DNA of 64,000 nt from an uncultured bacterium (GCA_964558395.1 CAZLDS010000009.1:6494-70493), one strand, 5' to 3'. Shown: positions 1 to 10,630, counted from the first letter of the stretch. The notes: generated from the letters alone by a model not told the origin. Translations and numbers: made by a program.

Positions 1-9
1 AGAATTCTT

Positions 10-1521
10 TTGGGGGGCGTAGCTGCTGTTTTGCTCGTGATTGCGAGCGCAGTGAGCCCGGCCAACGCCCAAGAGCTTCTAGGGCCCACGCCTTTGCCGC
101 CACCACCAGGCAAGCTCGAGGTGATCCCCGGCCAGTACATCGTGGAACTCAAGAAGGGTGTAGGGCGGGATGCCTTCATCAACGAGCATCGTGTGGCCGC
201 GTTCCGCCGCTATAGCATCATTAACGGGTTTGCCGCCCGGATGTCCCAGCACGCGGCAGACCGCCTCGCGGCTAACGCTCAGGTCCGCTTGGTAACTCCG
301 GACCTTGTCGTCCATGCCTTCCCCAGAGCGGCTGGCCCTCCCGGGGCCTGCCAACCCTGGCCCGAGTGCAAGAACGGAGGCGACAGTGGGGGCGGAGGAG
401 ATAGCGGGAGCTGTCCAGCCTCGTCGGACGGCATGCCTGCTCAAGAGGTTCCAACAGGTGTCAGCCGCATTGGGGCTGCTCCGGATCCAGCTGACCCCAC
501 CGCGGCAACAGGAGTGGGAGTCCACGTGGCTGTCATCGACACGGGCATCGACCCCTGCCATCCAGACTTGAACGTGCAAGGGGGAGTGTCCTTTGTGGAA
601 ACGGAACCAGATTACAGGGACACCCATGGGCACGGGACCCATGTGGCCGGCATCATCGGGGCCAAGGACAACGCCTTTGGCGTGGTCGGCGTTGCACCGG
701 CGGTAAATCTTTATGCCGTGAAGGTGCTCGACAAGAATGGAGCGGGAGCTTTGGCCGACGTCATCGCGGGCATTGACTGGGCGGTCGCAAATGGAATGCA
801 AGTTGCCAATTTGAGCCTGGGGGCGCTGGGAGACTTGTTCTGCGTCTTATTCGGTCTTTGCGGGATTGGTCCCGAGTGCACTGCTGTGGCCAATGCCGTG
901 AATGCCGGGGTAACAATCGTCGTAGCCGCCGGGAACTCCGCCGATGAGACGCTCTATTACACGCCGGCTCACTGCCCGTATAGCACCACCGTGTCGGCCA
1001 GTGCAGACTCGGATGGCGAGCGGGGAGGTAATGGCAGCATTCTCAGAATCGGGAAGGGGATTAAGGAATACGATGACACCTTTGCTGAAAGCTTCAGCAA
1101 CTGGAGCAACTACTGTTGGGACCGTGATGGGGACAGTATATGCACAAACGCGGATTCGCTTATGGTAAACCTCATGGCACCCGGCGTGAAGATCTTGTCC
1201 ACTTTCCCCACCTCCTCGGTGACCTTAAGCGGCGAGAATTACGCTATCCTCACCGGGACCAGCATGGCCGCTCCCCATGTGACTGGGGCGGCCGCCCTGC
1301 TTATTGAAGCCGTGATCAACGACACCGGGACCCCCCCCACTCCAGCAGAGGTCGAAGCCGCCCTAACAATCGGGGTGACAATCGGGTCGAGAGCTTACAC
1401 GGGGGGCGAATGCATGGGGGTGGATCCACCCGGGTCAACCTACTGGCTTCAGTGTTCTCCGGCATGGCCGGACGATCCTGACTTCGCCTGGGAACCGCTT
1501 CTTGACGCCAGGGACTTCTAG
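10..1521 (+). CDS. Secreted subtilisin-like S8 serine peptidase with I9-type propeptide (5' end may lie outside the window)
   Basis: Catalytic motifs IDTGID, HGTHVAGII and GTSMAAPHVTG; oxyanion AAGN; signal-like N-terminus; YIVELK propeptide. Confidence 0.95.
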   Translation: MGGVAAVLLVIASAVSPANAQELLGPTPLPPPPGKLEVIPGQYIVELKKGVGRDAFINEHRVAAFRRYSIINGFAARMSQHAADRLAANAQVRLVTPDLVVHAFPRAAGPPGACQPWPECKNGGDSGGGGDSGSCPASSDGMPAQEVPTGVSRIGAAPDPADPTAATGVGVHVAVIDTGIDPCHPDLNVQGGVSFVETEPDYRDTHGHGTHVAGIIGAKDNAFGVVGVAPAVNLYAVKVLDKNGAGALADVIAGIDWAVANGMQVANLSLGALGDLFCVLFGLCGIGPECTAVANAVNAGVTIVVAAGNSADETLYYTPAHCPYSTTVSASADSDGERGGNGSILRIGKGIKEYDDTFAESFSNWSNYCWDRDGDSICTNADSLMVNLMAPGVKILSTFPTSSVTLSGENYAILTGTSMAAPHVTGAAALLIEAVINDTGTPPTPAEVEAALTIGVTIGSRAYTGGECMGVDPPGSTYWLQCSPAWPDDPDFAWEPLLDARDF

Positions 1522-1678
1522 TTTCGAAGCCTCGGACTCGGAACGTGCGTTCTCGACGTGTCTCGGTAGCTGCCCTCGCGGCCAGCCTGCTCCAATTGAG
1601 TGTGGAAGCTTTGGCTCAGGGCATTGACTGCCGTCAGCGGGTCGTTCCCCCAGCCCGGCAGCTGAGCGACCATCCCAG

Positions 1679-1715
1679 GTGAAGATTACAACCAGTAATC
1701 CTCACTTTTCTTTCT
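1679..1715 (+). terminator. Probable intrinsic terminator after the S8 peptidase
   Basis: GTGAAGATTAC-aacca-GTAATCCTCAC stem (1 mismatch) followed by TTTTCTTTCT. Confidence 0.55.
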
Positions 1716-1856
1716 CGAGATCGAACATCCACACATCTGTACCCCCCGGCAATCCACCACAGGAGTCACGTTCCGCACGCACTATTAGGGGTATTGGCGG
1801 TCCGTCAGCAGCCGTCTCCGTCCTGCTACGCGGTCCAGCGATATGACCAACACTCC

Positions 1857-1886
1857 TTGACGGCCCCGGAGGAAGCGAGGTATGGT
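1857..1886 (+). promoter_or_regulatory. Sigma70-like promoter
   Basis: TTGACG-N18-TATGGT. Confidence 0.45.
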
Positions 1887-1981
1887 TAGGCCCACTTCAA
1901 AGGAGTGAGCGATGGACCCGGGGTAGGCATAGCGCTTAGCCCACCTCCGGCACAATTGATGGCGTATCCGAAAATCCTGAC

Positions 1982-2020
1982 GCCTTCTCGGGCGGAGCAT
2001 GGCCCGGGAGGGCTTTTTTT
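1982..2020 (+). terminator. Intrinsic terminator
   Basis: 12-bp stem GCCTTCTCGGGC/GCCCGGGAGGGC with two G-U pairs on the + strand, 8-nt loop, then T7. Confidence 0.8.
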
Positions 2021-2265
2021 ATTTCGTAGGAAGCGGCCAGTCCAGCAGATGCACTGGAAGGGGGCGAGCTTATGGCAGCCATAATGGGATTATGCTGACC
2101 AGTGTTTGTCGGCACCGGGGACTGCTATTGGAAACCCTTGAGAAGTTGTTGGACAAAAGAACCGCCGCAGTCGTTGGGGGTTTCAGGAACGATATATGCT
2201 GACCAGCATACTCAACGGTTGGGACGTTACAGCATCATAACCACAATCTCAGACGGAGGTACCTA

Positions 2266-2700
2266 TTGGGGCCGATAATCAGTTTGAATCTGAAGGACAC
2301 ATTCAGAAAACATGTTGGGTGGAAATGGTGGACTCCGATTGCTGCATTAGCAACGTTGGCGATTGCAATCTTCACAGCGCTAACTTTCTTCCGTAACATT
2401 TCAACGCCACTTACAACAAGTACTTCGCCTGTTGTTGTCGCTAGGGCAAGATATCGGCGCATAAAACTTCCAAGCTCGTATGAAGATGCTCTCCGTAGCA
2501 TAGGTTATGCTAATGAAATAGCAGCTGACAAAGAAATAAAGGCCCTGCTACAGAAACTTCCGGAAAAGTCTCGAAAAGATGTAATTGAATCAATATCAAA
2601 TTATATACGTCTTCACGTGCCCTACTACTTGGGGGCCAGTAGGGGTGTAGGGGGAAATTCTCTACAAGGATGGTGGGATATAGAAGTAGAGAATAGGTAA
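2266..2700 (+). CDS. Low-GC hypothetical membrane-anchored protein (island cargo)
   Basis: GGAGG RBS before TTG start; one hydrophobic segment IAALATLAIAIFTALTFF; visibly AT-rich compared with flanks. Confidence 0.6.
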   Translation: MGPIISLNLKDTFRKHVGWKWWTPIAALATLAIAIFTALTFFRNISTPLTTSTSPVVVARARYRRIKLPSSYEDALRSIGYANEIAADKEIKALLQKLPEKSRKDVIESISNYIRLHVPYYLGASRGVGGNSLQGWWDIEVENR

Positions 2701-2734
2701 CGCCCAAGCCATCGCTTGGGGCAAGACACAGAGC

Positions 2735-3408
2735 AATCCGGTCAAGGGAGTCAAGCTCTTCCGAGAGAACAACGAGAGGATACGCTATCTCACCCACGAC
2801 GAGGAAGCCAGACTGTTTGCGGTGCTCCCCGATAAATATAAGCCTGTGGTGGTACTGGCCTTGCACACGGGCCTGAGGATGGGCGAGTTGCGGGGCCTCC
2901 GGTGGCGGACGTGGATTTTGAGGCGGGCGTAATTACGGTGGTCGAAGCCAAGGGGGGAGGGATTCAACGGGTCCCGATGAATGGGGTAGCGAGACGAACC
3001 TTAGAAATGCTGCCCCGAAACAGCCCTTACGTGTTGCCTGGCCTTCCCTCGCACCTGAGCGAGCGGTTTAGGGAGCTGGCGGAGAAAGCAGGCGTCAAGG
3101 ATTTCCGGTTTCACGATCTGCGCCATACGTTCTGCTCCCGGCTGGTCATGGCCGGAGTAGATATTCGCACGGTCCAGGTATTGGCAAGACACAAGGAGAT
3201 CCGAATGACGCTCCGCTACGCCCACCTCTCCGAGGATCATACGAGGCAGGCTATCGAGCGTTTGATTCCCGAGGGAAGTGGCACCGGTACTAGCACCGCC
3301 ATTTCAGAGATTCCGGAAGTGGCCGAAATAAAAGAGATGCAGGGCAATGGCGGAGGCGTGTGGGAATCGAACCCACCGGCCCACTTTTGGCAGGCCCACC
3401 GGTTTTGA
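2735..3408 (+). pseudogene. Tyrosine integrase remnant (N-terminally truncated, frameshifted)
   Basis: NPVKGVKLFRENNERIRYL...LALHTGLRMGEL in one frame; 1-nt shift near 2903; then FRFHDLRHTFCSRL...LARHKEIRMTLRYAH; runs into the tRNA-Sec 3' end. Confidence 0.9.
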
Positions 3409-3442
3409 AGACCGGGAGAGCCACCAGACCCAATCCGCCTCC
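3348..3442 (-). tRNA. selC: tRNA-Sec (anticodon UCA)
   Basis: Reverse complement GGAGGCGG...CCGGTCTTCAAAACCGG, long variable arm, GGTTCGATTCCC...GCCTCCGCCA; 95 nt; selB nearby. Confidence 0.96.
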
Positions 3443-3465
3443 GGGATAAAAGAAAGCAGCATAAA

Positions 3466-3494
3466 AGTGTAGCAGTCACCCCCCCCTTCCGCAA
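3466..3494 (-). promoter_or_regulatory. Probable sigma70 promoter of selC
   Basis: TTGCGG-N17-TACACT on the minus strand about 25 nt upstream of the tRNA. Confidence 0.45.
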
Positions 3495-3552
3495 GTCTCT
3501 TGAGAGCGGCTGTGCAAGGAATAGCATTTGTCATATCTCATGCTGAGGGAAC

Positions 3553-4335
3553 GTGTCAGTGACTGGCTTACCCGAGGAGTGCCAGCTGCGTATTTTGGTG
3601 GTGGACGACCAAGAGGAGAACTTGGACCTCTGAGAGGCCTTCCTGAGCGTGCACGACTACGAGGTGGTTCGGGCCCGGAATGGACAGGAAGCCTTTACGC
3701 AGGTCGCCCAGGGCCCTCCGGACCTGATCCTCCTCGATACCCATATGCCGCCGCCTGACGGCTTTCAGGTCTGCAAGCAACTCAAACAAAACGAGGAGAC
3801 CCGCCTGATCCCGATCATCATCGTGACAGCCTCCGGAGAACTGGAGAGCCGGACTCGAGGGATCGAGGCCGGGGCGGATGACCTCTCACGAAGCCGGTCC
3901 ACCGGGTGGAGCTGGATGCCCGCGTTCGGTCCCTCCTCAAACTGAAGCAATTCACCGATGAGCTCGAGAATTCCGAGACGGTCCTCATCAGTCTCGCCCT
4001 GGCTGTTGATCATGCGTACGCACCCCGAGGTCGGTGAGCGGATCTGCCAACCCCTGCGGTCGATGCAGCTCGTCCTTCCTATCATTCGCCACCACCACGA
4101 GCGGGGGGATGGCACTGGCTATCCCGACGGCCTCAAAGGCGTCTCACCGCCAGAATCCTCCAGATGGTGGATGTCTTTGATGCCCTCATCACGGATCGAC
4201 CCTATCGGGCCGGTCTCGCCACTGCCGAGGCCGCGAAGGTCCTCCGGGAAGAAACCACCAAGGTAGTACGACCCAAAGCTGCTGGCCGAATTTATTACCC
4301 TTCTCAGCGCGGATGGGGGATCTTTGAAGGGGGGG
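3553..4335 (+). pseudogene. Response regulator with HD-GYP (c-di-GMP phosphodiesterase) domain, degraded
   Basis: RILVVDD...PDLILLD..MP receiver with in-frame TGA at 3631; frameshift near 3882; HD core deleted; HHHERGDGTGYPDGLKG and VDVFDALITDRPYR in other frames; end approximate. Confidence 0.88.
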
Positions 4336-6720
4336 TCAGCGCCCCTCGTGGGGTAGCAGGGCTTCCTCCGGGGTAAGGGCAATCCCCGAGATTTCATCGA
4401 CGTTGCTGATAAATTTAAACTCGAGGTCCCGCCGAACCTCGTCGGGAAGATCCTCGAGGTCTTTGGCATTCCGATCGGGGAGAATCACAGTCTTCAACCC
4501 AGCTCGCTTGGCCGCCAACGCCTTTTCCTTGATGCCGCCCACTTGGAGGACCTGCCCCCGAAGAGTGATCTCTCCGGTCATCCCGACTCCGCTCTGAACA
4601 GGTCGTCCCTGCACGAGGGAAAGAAGGGCAGTATACATCGTAATCCCGGCCGAGGGTCCGTCTTTTGGGATCGCCGCGGCAGGGACATGCACGTGAACGT
4701 CCTGTTTCAGGAAGAAATCCTCGGGAAGGCCCAGCGCCTGGGACCGGCTCCGGACGGCGCTCAAGGCCGCCTCTGCTGATTCCTTCATCACCTCACCCAA
4801 GTGGCCGGTCAGGATGAGGTTCCCCTTCCCGGGCATCCGCGTCGCCTCGACAAAGATGATGTCACCCCCGGCGGCTGTCCAGGCGAGTCCAATAGCCACC
4901 CCCGGTTGAGCGGTGCGTTCTGCCACCTCCGAGAAGAACTTGACAGGGCCGAGAAGGGGGTGCAGATCTTCCGCCGTGATGTTCGCCGGATCGGTCCGCC
5001 CCTCCGATACCTCCTTCGCCACTGCGCGACAGATGGCGGCAATCTCCCTCTCCACGTTTCGCACTCCGGCCTCGCGTGTGTAGGACCTGATGATGGTTCG
5101 GAGGGCGTCGTCGGTGATGGTGAGCTGCGACGCCGTGAGGCCATGGGCATCGAGCTCCTTTGGGATCAGATAGCGCTTCGCAATGTGGAGCTTTTCCGAC
5201 TCGGTGTACCCTGGAAGCTCGAGGACCTCCATCCGGTCCCGCAGCGCCGGAGGAACAGGATCGAGGATATTGGCCGTCGCAATGAACATCACCCGGGACA
5301 GGTCGAATGGAATCTCCAAATAGTGGTCCGAAAAGCTCGCGTTTTGTTCCGGGTCCAGGACCTCGAGCAACGCGGAGGACGGGTCGCCACGAAAATCGGC
5401 CCCGATCTTGTCCACCTCATCCAACATGAAGACGGGATTATTACTGCCAGCCTTTCGGATACCCTGGATAATCCGGCCGGGGAGGGCGCCGACGTAGGTC
5501 CGGCGGTGGCCCCGGATTTCTGCCTCGTCTCGGATCCCCCCGAGGGACATCCGGATGAACTTTCGGCCCAACGCTGACGCGATCGAGTGGCCCAGGGAGG
5601 TCTTGCCGACCCCCGGTGGCCCGACGAAACACAGGATCGGTCCCTTCATGTCCTTCTTCAGCTTGCGAACCGCCAGGTACTCCAAGATCCGCTTTTTCAC
5701 CTTTTCCAGGTCGTAGTGATCCTGGTTCAGAATCTGCTCCGCCGCAGCGATGTCCAGGCGGTCCTCCGTGCTCTTGAGCCAGGGCAGCTCGAGGAGCCAG
5801 TCGAGATAGGTCCGAACCACGCTGTATTCTGCCGCGGCAGGTGGCATCCGGGAGAACCGACCGAGTTCCCGGAGCGCCACCTCTCGAACCTCATCGGGAA
5901 GGGGTGTTTCATCGATCCGTCGGCGAATTTCCTCCGCCTCCTGGGTCCGCTCGTCGCCCTCCCCCAACTCCTCTTGGATGGCTCTGAGTTGTTCTCGAAG
6001 GTAATACTCCCGCTGAGCTTTATCCATCCCTGCCTTGACCTGGGTCTGGATTTTATGGCTGAGCTCAAGCGCTTCGAGCTGTCGCGTCATGATTTCGGTG
6101 ATGCGCCTGAGGCGAGGCTTGATCTCCGTGATCTCGAGGACTTCTTGTTTTTCCTCTACGCTCAGGTTGAGGTTCGAGGCGATCATATCCGCCAGCGCCC
6201 CCCCTTCTTCGATGTTCAGGGCGAGGATGCCGAGCTCGGCGGGGAGGTTGGGGGAAAGCTCTACCACCTGCTGGAAGAGCCGGCGCAGATTGACCATCAG
6301 CGCCTCGACCTCCTTATCTCGCTCTCCCTCGTCGGGCTGGGGTTCGACTGTCGCGCGGAAGTACGGATCGGTCTGGGTGATCTGGGCCAGGCGGATCCGC
6401 TCGAGGCCTTGGGCCATGATGCTGATGGTCCCATCGGGGAGCTTGATCATCTTGGCGATGACCGCCGCGGTCCCCACCGAAAAGAAATCCTCCGGACGTG
6501 GATCTTCGATCTCTTTGGTCTTCAGGGCGACAACCCCGATGATCCGGTTGCCGATCACCGCCTCTTCAACGAGGCGGATCGTCTTCTCCTGGCCGACCAA
6601 GACGGGAAGAATCACGTAAGGGAAGAGCACACTCCCGCGGAGGGGAAGGATGGGTAGCTCCCCTGGGATCTGGGGACCAGTACCCGTGGGGCGGCTCTCT
6701 GCGGCTTCTTGTGCTGCCAT
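4336..6720 (-). CDS. lon: ATP-dependent Lon protease
   Basis: LPILPLRGSVLFP N-domain, Walker A GPPGVGKTS, PKDGPSAG catalytic Ser, GGIKEK; start ATG 6720 with GGAGG RBS. Confidence 0.97.
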   Translation of the reverse strand: MAAQEAAESRPTGTGPQIPGELPILPLRGSVLFPYVILPVLVGQEKTIRLVEEAVIGNRIIGVVALKTKEIEDPRPEDFFSVGTAAVIAKMIKLPDGTISIMAQGLERIRLAQITQTDPYFRATVEPQPDEGERDKEVEALMVNLRRLFQQVVELSPNLPAELGILALNIEEGGALADMIASNLNLSVEEKQEVLEITEIKPRLRRITEIMTRQLEALELSHKIQTQVKAGMDKAQREYYLREQLRAIQEELGEGDERTQEAEEIRRRIDETPLPDEVREVALRELGRFSRMPPAAAEYSVVRTYLDWLLELPWLKSTEDRLDIAAAEQILNQDHYDLEKVKKRILEYLAVRKLKKDMKGPILCFVGPPGVGKTSLGHSIASALGRKFIRMSLGGIRDEAEIRGHRRTYVGALPGRIIQGIRKAGSNNPVFMLDEVDKIGADFRGDPSSALLEVLDPEQNASFSDHYLEIPFDLSRVMFIATANILDPVPPALRDRMEVLELPGYTESEKLHIAKRYLIPKELDAHGLTASQLTITDDALRTIIRSYTREAGVRNVEREIAAICRAVAKEVSEGRTDPANITAEDLHPLLGPVKFFSEVAERTAQPGVAIGLAWTAAGGDIIFVEATRMPGKGNLILTGHLGEVMKESAEAALSAVRSRSQALGLPEDFFLKQDVHVHVPAAAIPKDGPSAGITMYTALLSLVQGRPVQSGVGMTGEITLRGQVLQVGGIKEKALAAKRAGLKTVILPDRNAKDLEDLPDEVRRDLEFKFISNVDEISGIALTPEEALLPHEGR

Positions 6721-6745
6721 GAATACGCCTCCCGGCGTGGGCCGA

Positions 6746-7189
6746 TCACTCGGTGACGATCTGGACAGTCGTCGCCTTGGGATCTCCTCCCTTGGGGATC
6801 GTGATGCGGAGTAACCCGTCTTGATACACAGCCTCGACCGCGTCCCGGGTTGGGGAAAAGTCGAGGGCCACCCATCGCTCGAAGTGCCCGAATTCAATCT
6901 CCATTTGATGGCAGCGTTGCGCATCAAGGGGAGCGGTGACGCGTCGGCTCCCGGCGATCCGCAGCCGGCGTCCTTCGACGTGAATCTCGATGTCCTTCCG
7001 CTGCGTGCCGGCAATTTCCATAACGATGAGGATTGACGCGTTCGTCTCGTAGACGTCCATCGCTGGCTCGAACCGCGAGCCGCGGGCAAGGGCGGGGCGT
7101 CCCCGCTCGACGAGAGCCTTCATCAATTCAACCATGGAGGAGCGGAGCTCCTCGAAATCTCCCTCTTCTTTCGGGAATCGCACCACCAT
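6746..7189 (-). CDS. Hsp20/alpha-crystallin family protein
   Basis: PAMDVYET...EIEFGHFERWV...AVYQDGLLRITIPK; start ATG 7189 with GAGG RBS; upstream of lon. Confidence 0.9.
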   Translation of the reverse strand: MVVRFPKEEGDFEELRSSMVELMKALVERGRPALARGSRFEPAMDVYETNASILIVMEIAGTQRKDIEIHVEGRRLRIAGSRRVTAPLDAQRCHQMEIEFGHFERWVALDFSPTRDAVEAVYQDGLLRITIPKGGDPKATTVQIVTE

Positions 7190-7323
7190 GTACCTCACGA
7201 AGTGTTCGTTGTCTCCGTGCCTACGATAGCAAAAGGCGGGCGCGGGATCAACCAACTCCGCTGTCTTGTGGCAGGAGGACGGGAAGGGTAGAATGTGGGG
7301 AGGCCCGTGCCAAGGAGGGCGGA

Positions 7324-8286
7324 ATGGAGCGCGGCCACACGGTGGTCAAGGGGATCCGGGTTGGGCATGCCAGCGATTTTAAGGCGTGCACGGGGTGCAC
7401 CGTCGTCCTCTGTGAAGAAGGGGCTGTTGGAGGCGTGGACGTCAGGGGCTTGGCCTCTGGGACTAGGGAGCTTGATCCCCTGGCTCCCCATCATCTCGTC
7501 GACAAGATCCACGGCGTGCTCCTGGCGGGGGGATCGGCCTTTGGGCTCGAGGCGGCCGCTGGCGTTATGCGCTACCTGGAGGAACGAGACATCGGCTTTG
7601 ATGTGGGCATCACCAAGGTTCCCATTGTTCCCGGTGCGATCCTCTTTGATCTGGGGATTGGCGACTTCCGCACGCGTCCCGATGCGGCCATGGGCTATAG
7701 GGCGTGCGAGGCGGCTGTCCATGAAGGGGTCGAGGAGGGAAGCGTTGGGGTCGGAACGGGGGCGACCGTGGGAAAGCTTTTCGGGATCCGACATGCCATG
7801 AAGGGGGGGGTGGGGACCGCGAGTGTGGAGTTGTCCGGGGGACTTCGGGTGTGGGGGTTGGCTGCCGTAAACGCTTTTGGTGATGTGCGCGATCCTGCGA
7901 CGGGCGCCATTATCGCAGGCGTGCGGGATCCGGCGACGGGGAAGCCTGCAGATACGTTCCTGCAAATGAAACAGGGACACCTCCGGCGAGCCTTCCATAG
8001 CCAGAGCACGACGCTAGGGGTGATTGTGACAAATGCCCGCCTGGGCAAGGGTGAGGCCATCCTGGTGGCCCGCATGGGGCAGGGAGGACTCGCCCGAACC
8101 ATCTCCCCTGTTCACACCGCTTTTGACGGCGATGTCATCTTTGCGTTAGCAACCGGAGAGGTGGAGGGAGACGTCAATCTCGTGGGGCAAGCCGGGGCTG
8201 AAATGGTAGGTGCCGCTGTCCTGCGGGCCATCGAGAGCGCGACAAGTCTTGGGGGGGTACCTGCCTATCGAGATGTACACCGTTGA
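7324..8286 (+). CDS. P1 (DmpA/S58-like) family peptidase
   Basis: GIRVGH, TGCTV, GTRELD, GGSAFGL, EGSVGVGTG, HTAFDGD motifs. Confidence 0.9.
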   Translation: MERGHTVVKGIRVGHASDFKACTGCTVVLCEEGAVGGVDVRGLASGTRELDPLAPHHLVDKIHGVLLAGGSAFGLEAAAGVMRYLEERDIGFDVGITKVPIVPGAILFDLGIGDFRTRPDAAMGYRACEAAVHEGVEEGSVGVGTGATVGKLFGIRHAMKGGVGTASVELSGGLRVWGLAAVNAFGDVRDPATGAIIAGVRDPATGKPADTFLQMKQGHLRRAFHSQSTTLGVIVTNARLGKGEAILVARMGQGGLARTISPVHTAFDGDVIFALATGEVEGDVNLVGQAGAEMVGAAVLRAIESATSLGGVPAYRDVHR

Positions 8287-8326
8287 CATGGCTTGTACAC
8301 TAGCGTCAACGGATCTATCGTGCCAG

Positions 8327-8533
8327 CTAAGCCTTCTTCTCCTCGGTTCTTTCCTCGGGCCCTTTCGTCTCCTTCGGCGTGACGTCGATGGGCTCCTTCC
8401 CCGTCGTGGCGTCTTTGAAGCCTCGAATGGCCTTGCCGAGACCACTACCGATCTCGGGGAGACGGTTCGCCCCGAAGACGATCAAGACGATGAAAAGAAT
8501 AACCAGCAGCTCTGGAACGCCAAGTCCGAACAT
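8327..8533 (-). CDS. tatA: Twin-arginine translocase subunit TatA/E
   Basis: [40 protein letters not shown] signature. Confidence 0.95.
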   Translation of the reverse strand: MFGLGVPELLVILFIVLIVFGANRLPEIGSGLGKAIRGFKDATTGKEPIDVTPKETKGPEERTEEKKA

Positions 8534-8716
8534 TGTTCCTCCGTCAGGCCTGCCGCGCCGCTCGAGCCTGTCCTGACCTAAGCATCATATATCCCCGCAT
8601 TTCTGTCAACCCGAAACTGGATTCATGGGCTCTACATCAACGCTATGCGCGGCAGGAAACGGGGCCAGGGTGTCCCATTCCGCCCAGCGGGCGAAAAGTA
8701 AATGTGCTTTGCGCGT

Positions 8717-10630
8717 TTACTTTCCGTACAGCACCCGTTCGTCCCCGGCGCGCCTGGTCAGCTTGATCTGGTCGAAATGTTCTAAGTACGGAATGGCATG
8801 CTTCCGCGTGAGGCCGAGCAGATCCTTAAAGGTGGGAACCGAGATGGAGGCGTGCTGTGCCAGGTAGGCGAGGACCTGACCCTTGACGTGTTCGTACGTC
8901 TCGCGATGGAGATAGAGGTCATTCGTGATCTTAACGAGAGTTCCCTGCTCAACCAGCCGGAAGAACACCCCCTGGGCGCTTCGCCGGTCTGCACCCACCC
9001 CCTTAAAGGCGGCCTCCATCGTCGGAGGCTGAAGTGCCGCCTTGCGGTAGAGGTTCTCGAGGCGCTGGGTGAGGGCAGCCTCTGTCGGCGAGAGTTGGGG
9101 CTGGTGTGTGGTCAGGCGCACTCGGTCTCGGTCTGGGGTGACCTCGCCCGCCTCTGTCAGGTCGCCTAAGATTTGGGCGAACAAGGATGGGGAAACTCCC
9201 CTGCCCAGGCGACTCCGAAGCTCTTCCTTTGAGATCCCTTCCCGCAGGGGCTGCTGGACGTGGAACTGCCTGAGGAGGCTCACGATTGTCTCCCGCAGAT
9301 CCTCATACACCTCCCGATGGAGATAAGTTTCTCCTTCCCGCCCCTTGTGTGTGATGACCTTTCCCTCGCCCAGGAGTTGGTGCATGTGCTCCTCGAGGCT
9401 CTCCGCATCCAAGCTGGCCAAGGACCGGAGGGTAGAGGGAGTAAGGGGAGAGGTGCCGCTACTCTTCAGCAATTCCAGGAGACGGTCTCGAGTGGACCCT
9501 TGCTTCAGGATCTTGAGGTGAGCCACCACTTCCGGCCGCCTCCGTCGCTTCGGGGGAGGACAAGGGTCGAGAATGATCCCTCCCCCTATTGTGGTGGCAG
9601 GGGAGTAGCTGCGGAGGACATACCGATCGTGCAACAGAGCAGCCGTGGGCCGCTCAAGACGGAGATGAACATACGCCTCTTCCCCCGGGTTCACCTTTTC
9701 GCGGTCCAAGACAATCACGCGGGCCAGGATCTCAGTCGTCCCCAGATGGAAGCGGACTCGGGTGCGGTTGACCAGAGACTTTGGAGCGTCCGGCAGCAGC
9801 GCGAGGGTGGCCTCCAGCGACGTGCTGACCCGGAGGGAATCGGGTAGGCACAAGAGATCGCCGCGCTCGATCTGCTCGGTCTCGAGTCCGGGAAGGTTGA
9901 CGGCTACGCGCTGGCCGCCCGACGCGCGTTCCACGTTCTCGTTATGGACTTGGAGCCTCCGGACCCGGGAGTGCAGGTCCTTCGGGAGAACCGCGACTTC
10001 GTCGCCGACGGCGAGAGACCCTGTCCAGAGGGTTCCGGTCACGACGGTGCCGAAGCCCCGGATCGTGAAGACCCGGTCGATCGGGAGGCGGGCGACCCCG
10101 TCCCCCCGCCTCGGATGAGATTCGGCACTGAGGTGGGCAAGCGCGTCGCGCAATTCACCGAGGCCCTCGCCATTGATGGCAGAGACCGGGAGGATCGGTG
10201 CCTCCTCAAGGAACGTTCCTCTGAGAAAGGTGCGGATCTCCTCTTGAACAAGATCGAGCCACTCCGGGTCCACCAGATCCTTCTTGGTGAGGGCGACGAG
10301 GCCCCGCCGGATGCCCAAGAGCTCGCAGATGTGGAGGTGTTCCCGGGTCTGGGGCATCACCCCTTCGTCGGCCGCGATGACCAGGATGACCAGATCGATC
10401 CCTCCGACACCCGCGAGCATGGTTTTGACGAACCGTTCGTGACCGGGGACATCCACAATCCCGAGCGTGGTTCCTTCGGCGAGGCGCAGAAAGGCAAAGC
10501 CGAGCTCGATGGAGATGCCGCGTTCTTTCTCCTCTTTGAGCCGGTCGGTGTCGATACCGGTCAGCGCCGTGACCAGGGCCGTCTTGCCGTGGTCAATGTG
10601 GCCGGCAGTTCCAATGGTGATGTGCTTCAT
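8717..10630 (-). CDS. selB: Selenocysteine-specific translation elongation factor
   Basis: [28 protein letters not shown]; C-terminal winged helix [13 protein letters not shown]. Confidence 0.97.
   Translation of the reverse strand: MKHITIGTAGHIDHGKTALVTALTGIDTDRLKEEKERGISIELGFAFLRLAEGTTLGIVDVPGHERFVKTMLAGVGGIDLVILVIAADEGVMPQTREHLHICELLGIRRGLVALTKKDLVDPEWLDLVQEEIRTFLRGTFLEEAPILPVSAINGEGLGELRDALAHLSAESHPRRGDGVARLPIDRVFTIRGFGTVVTGTLWTGSLAVGDEVAVLPKDLHSRVRRLQVHNENVERASGGQRVAVNLPGLETEQIERGDLLCLPDSLRVSTSLEATLALLPDAPKSLVNRTRVRFHLGTTEILARVIVLDREKVNPGEEAYVHLRLERPTAALLHDRYVLRSYSPATTIGGGIILDPCPPPKRRRRPEVVAHLKILKQGSTRDRLLELLKSSGTSPLTPSTLRSLASLDAESLEEHMHQLLGEGKVITHKGREGETYLHREVYEDLRETIVSLLRQFHVQQPLREGISKEELRSRLGRGVSPSLFAQILGDLTEAGEVTPDRDRVRLTTHQPQLSPTEAALTQRLENLYRKAALQPPTMEAAFKGVGADRRSAQGVFFRLVEQGTLVKITNDLYLHRETYEHVKGQVLAYLAQHASISVPTFKDLLGLTRKHAIPYLEHFDQIKLTRRAGDERVLYGK

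Noticed and set aside
1905-1980. Fluoride riboswitch-like GCGATGG start
   Set aside because: The downstream pseudoknot partner and conserved tail are not found, and no fluoride-related gene follows
3631-3633. In-frame TGA next to tRNA-Sec as a selenocysteine codon
   Set aside because: It falls at a hydrophobic helix position rather than a Cys site, and the gene has further frameshifts and deletions, so it is a pseudogene lesion
6721-7089. 123-aa N-terminal extension of Lon in the ORF track
   Set aside because: It overlaps the hsp20 gene in another frame; the RBS-supported ATG is at 6720
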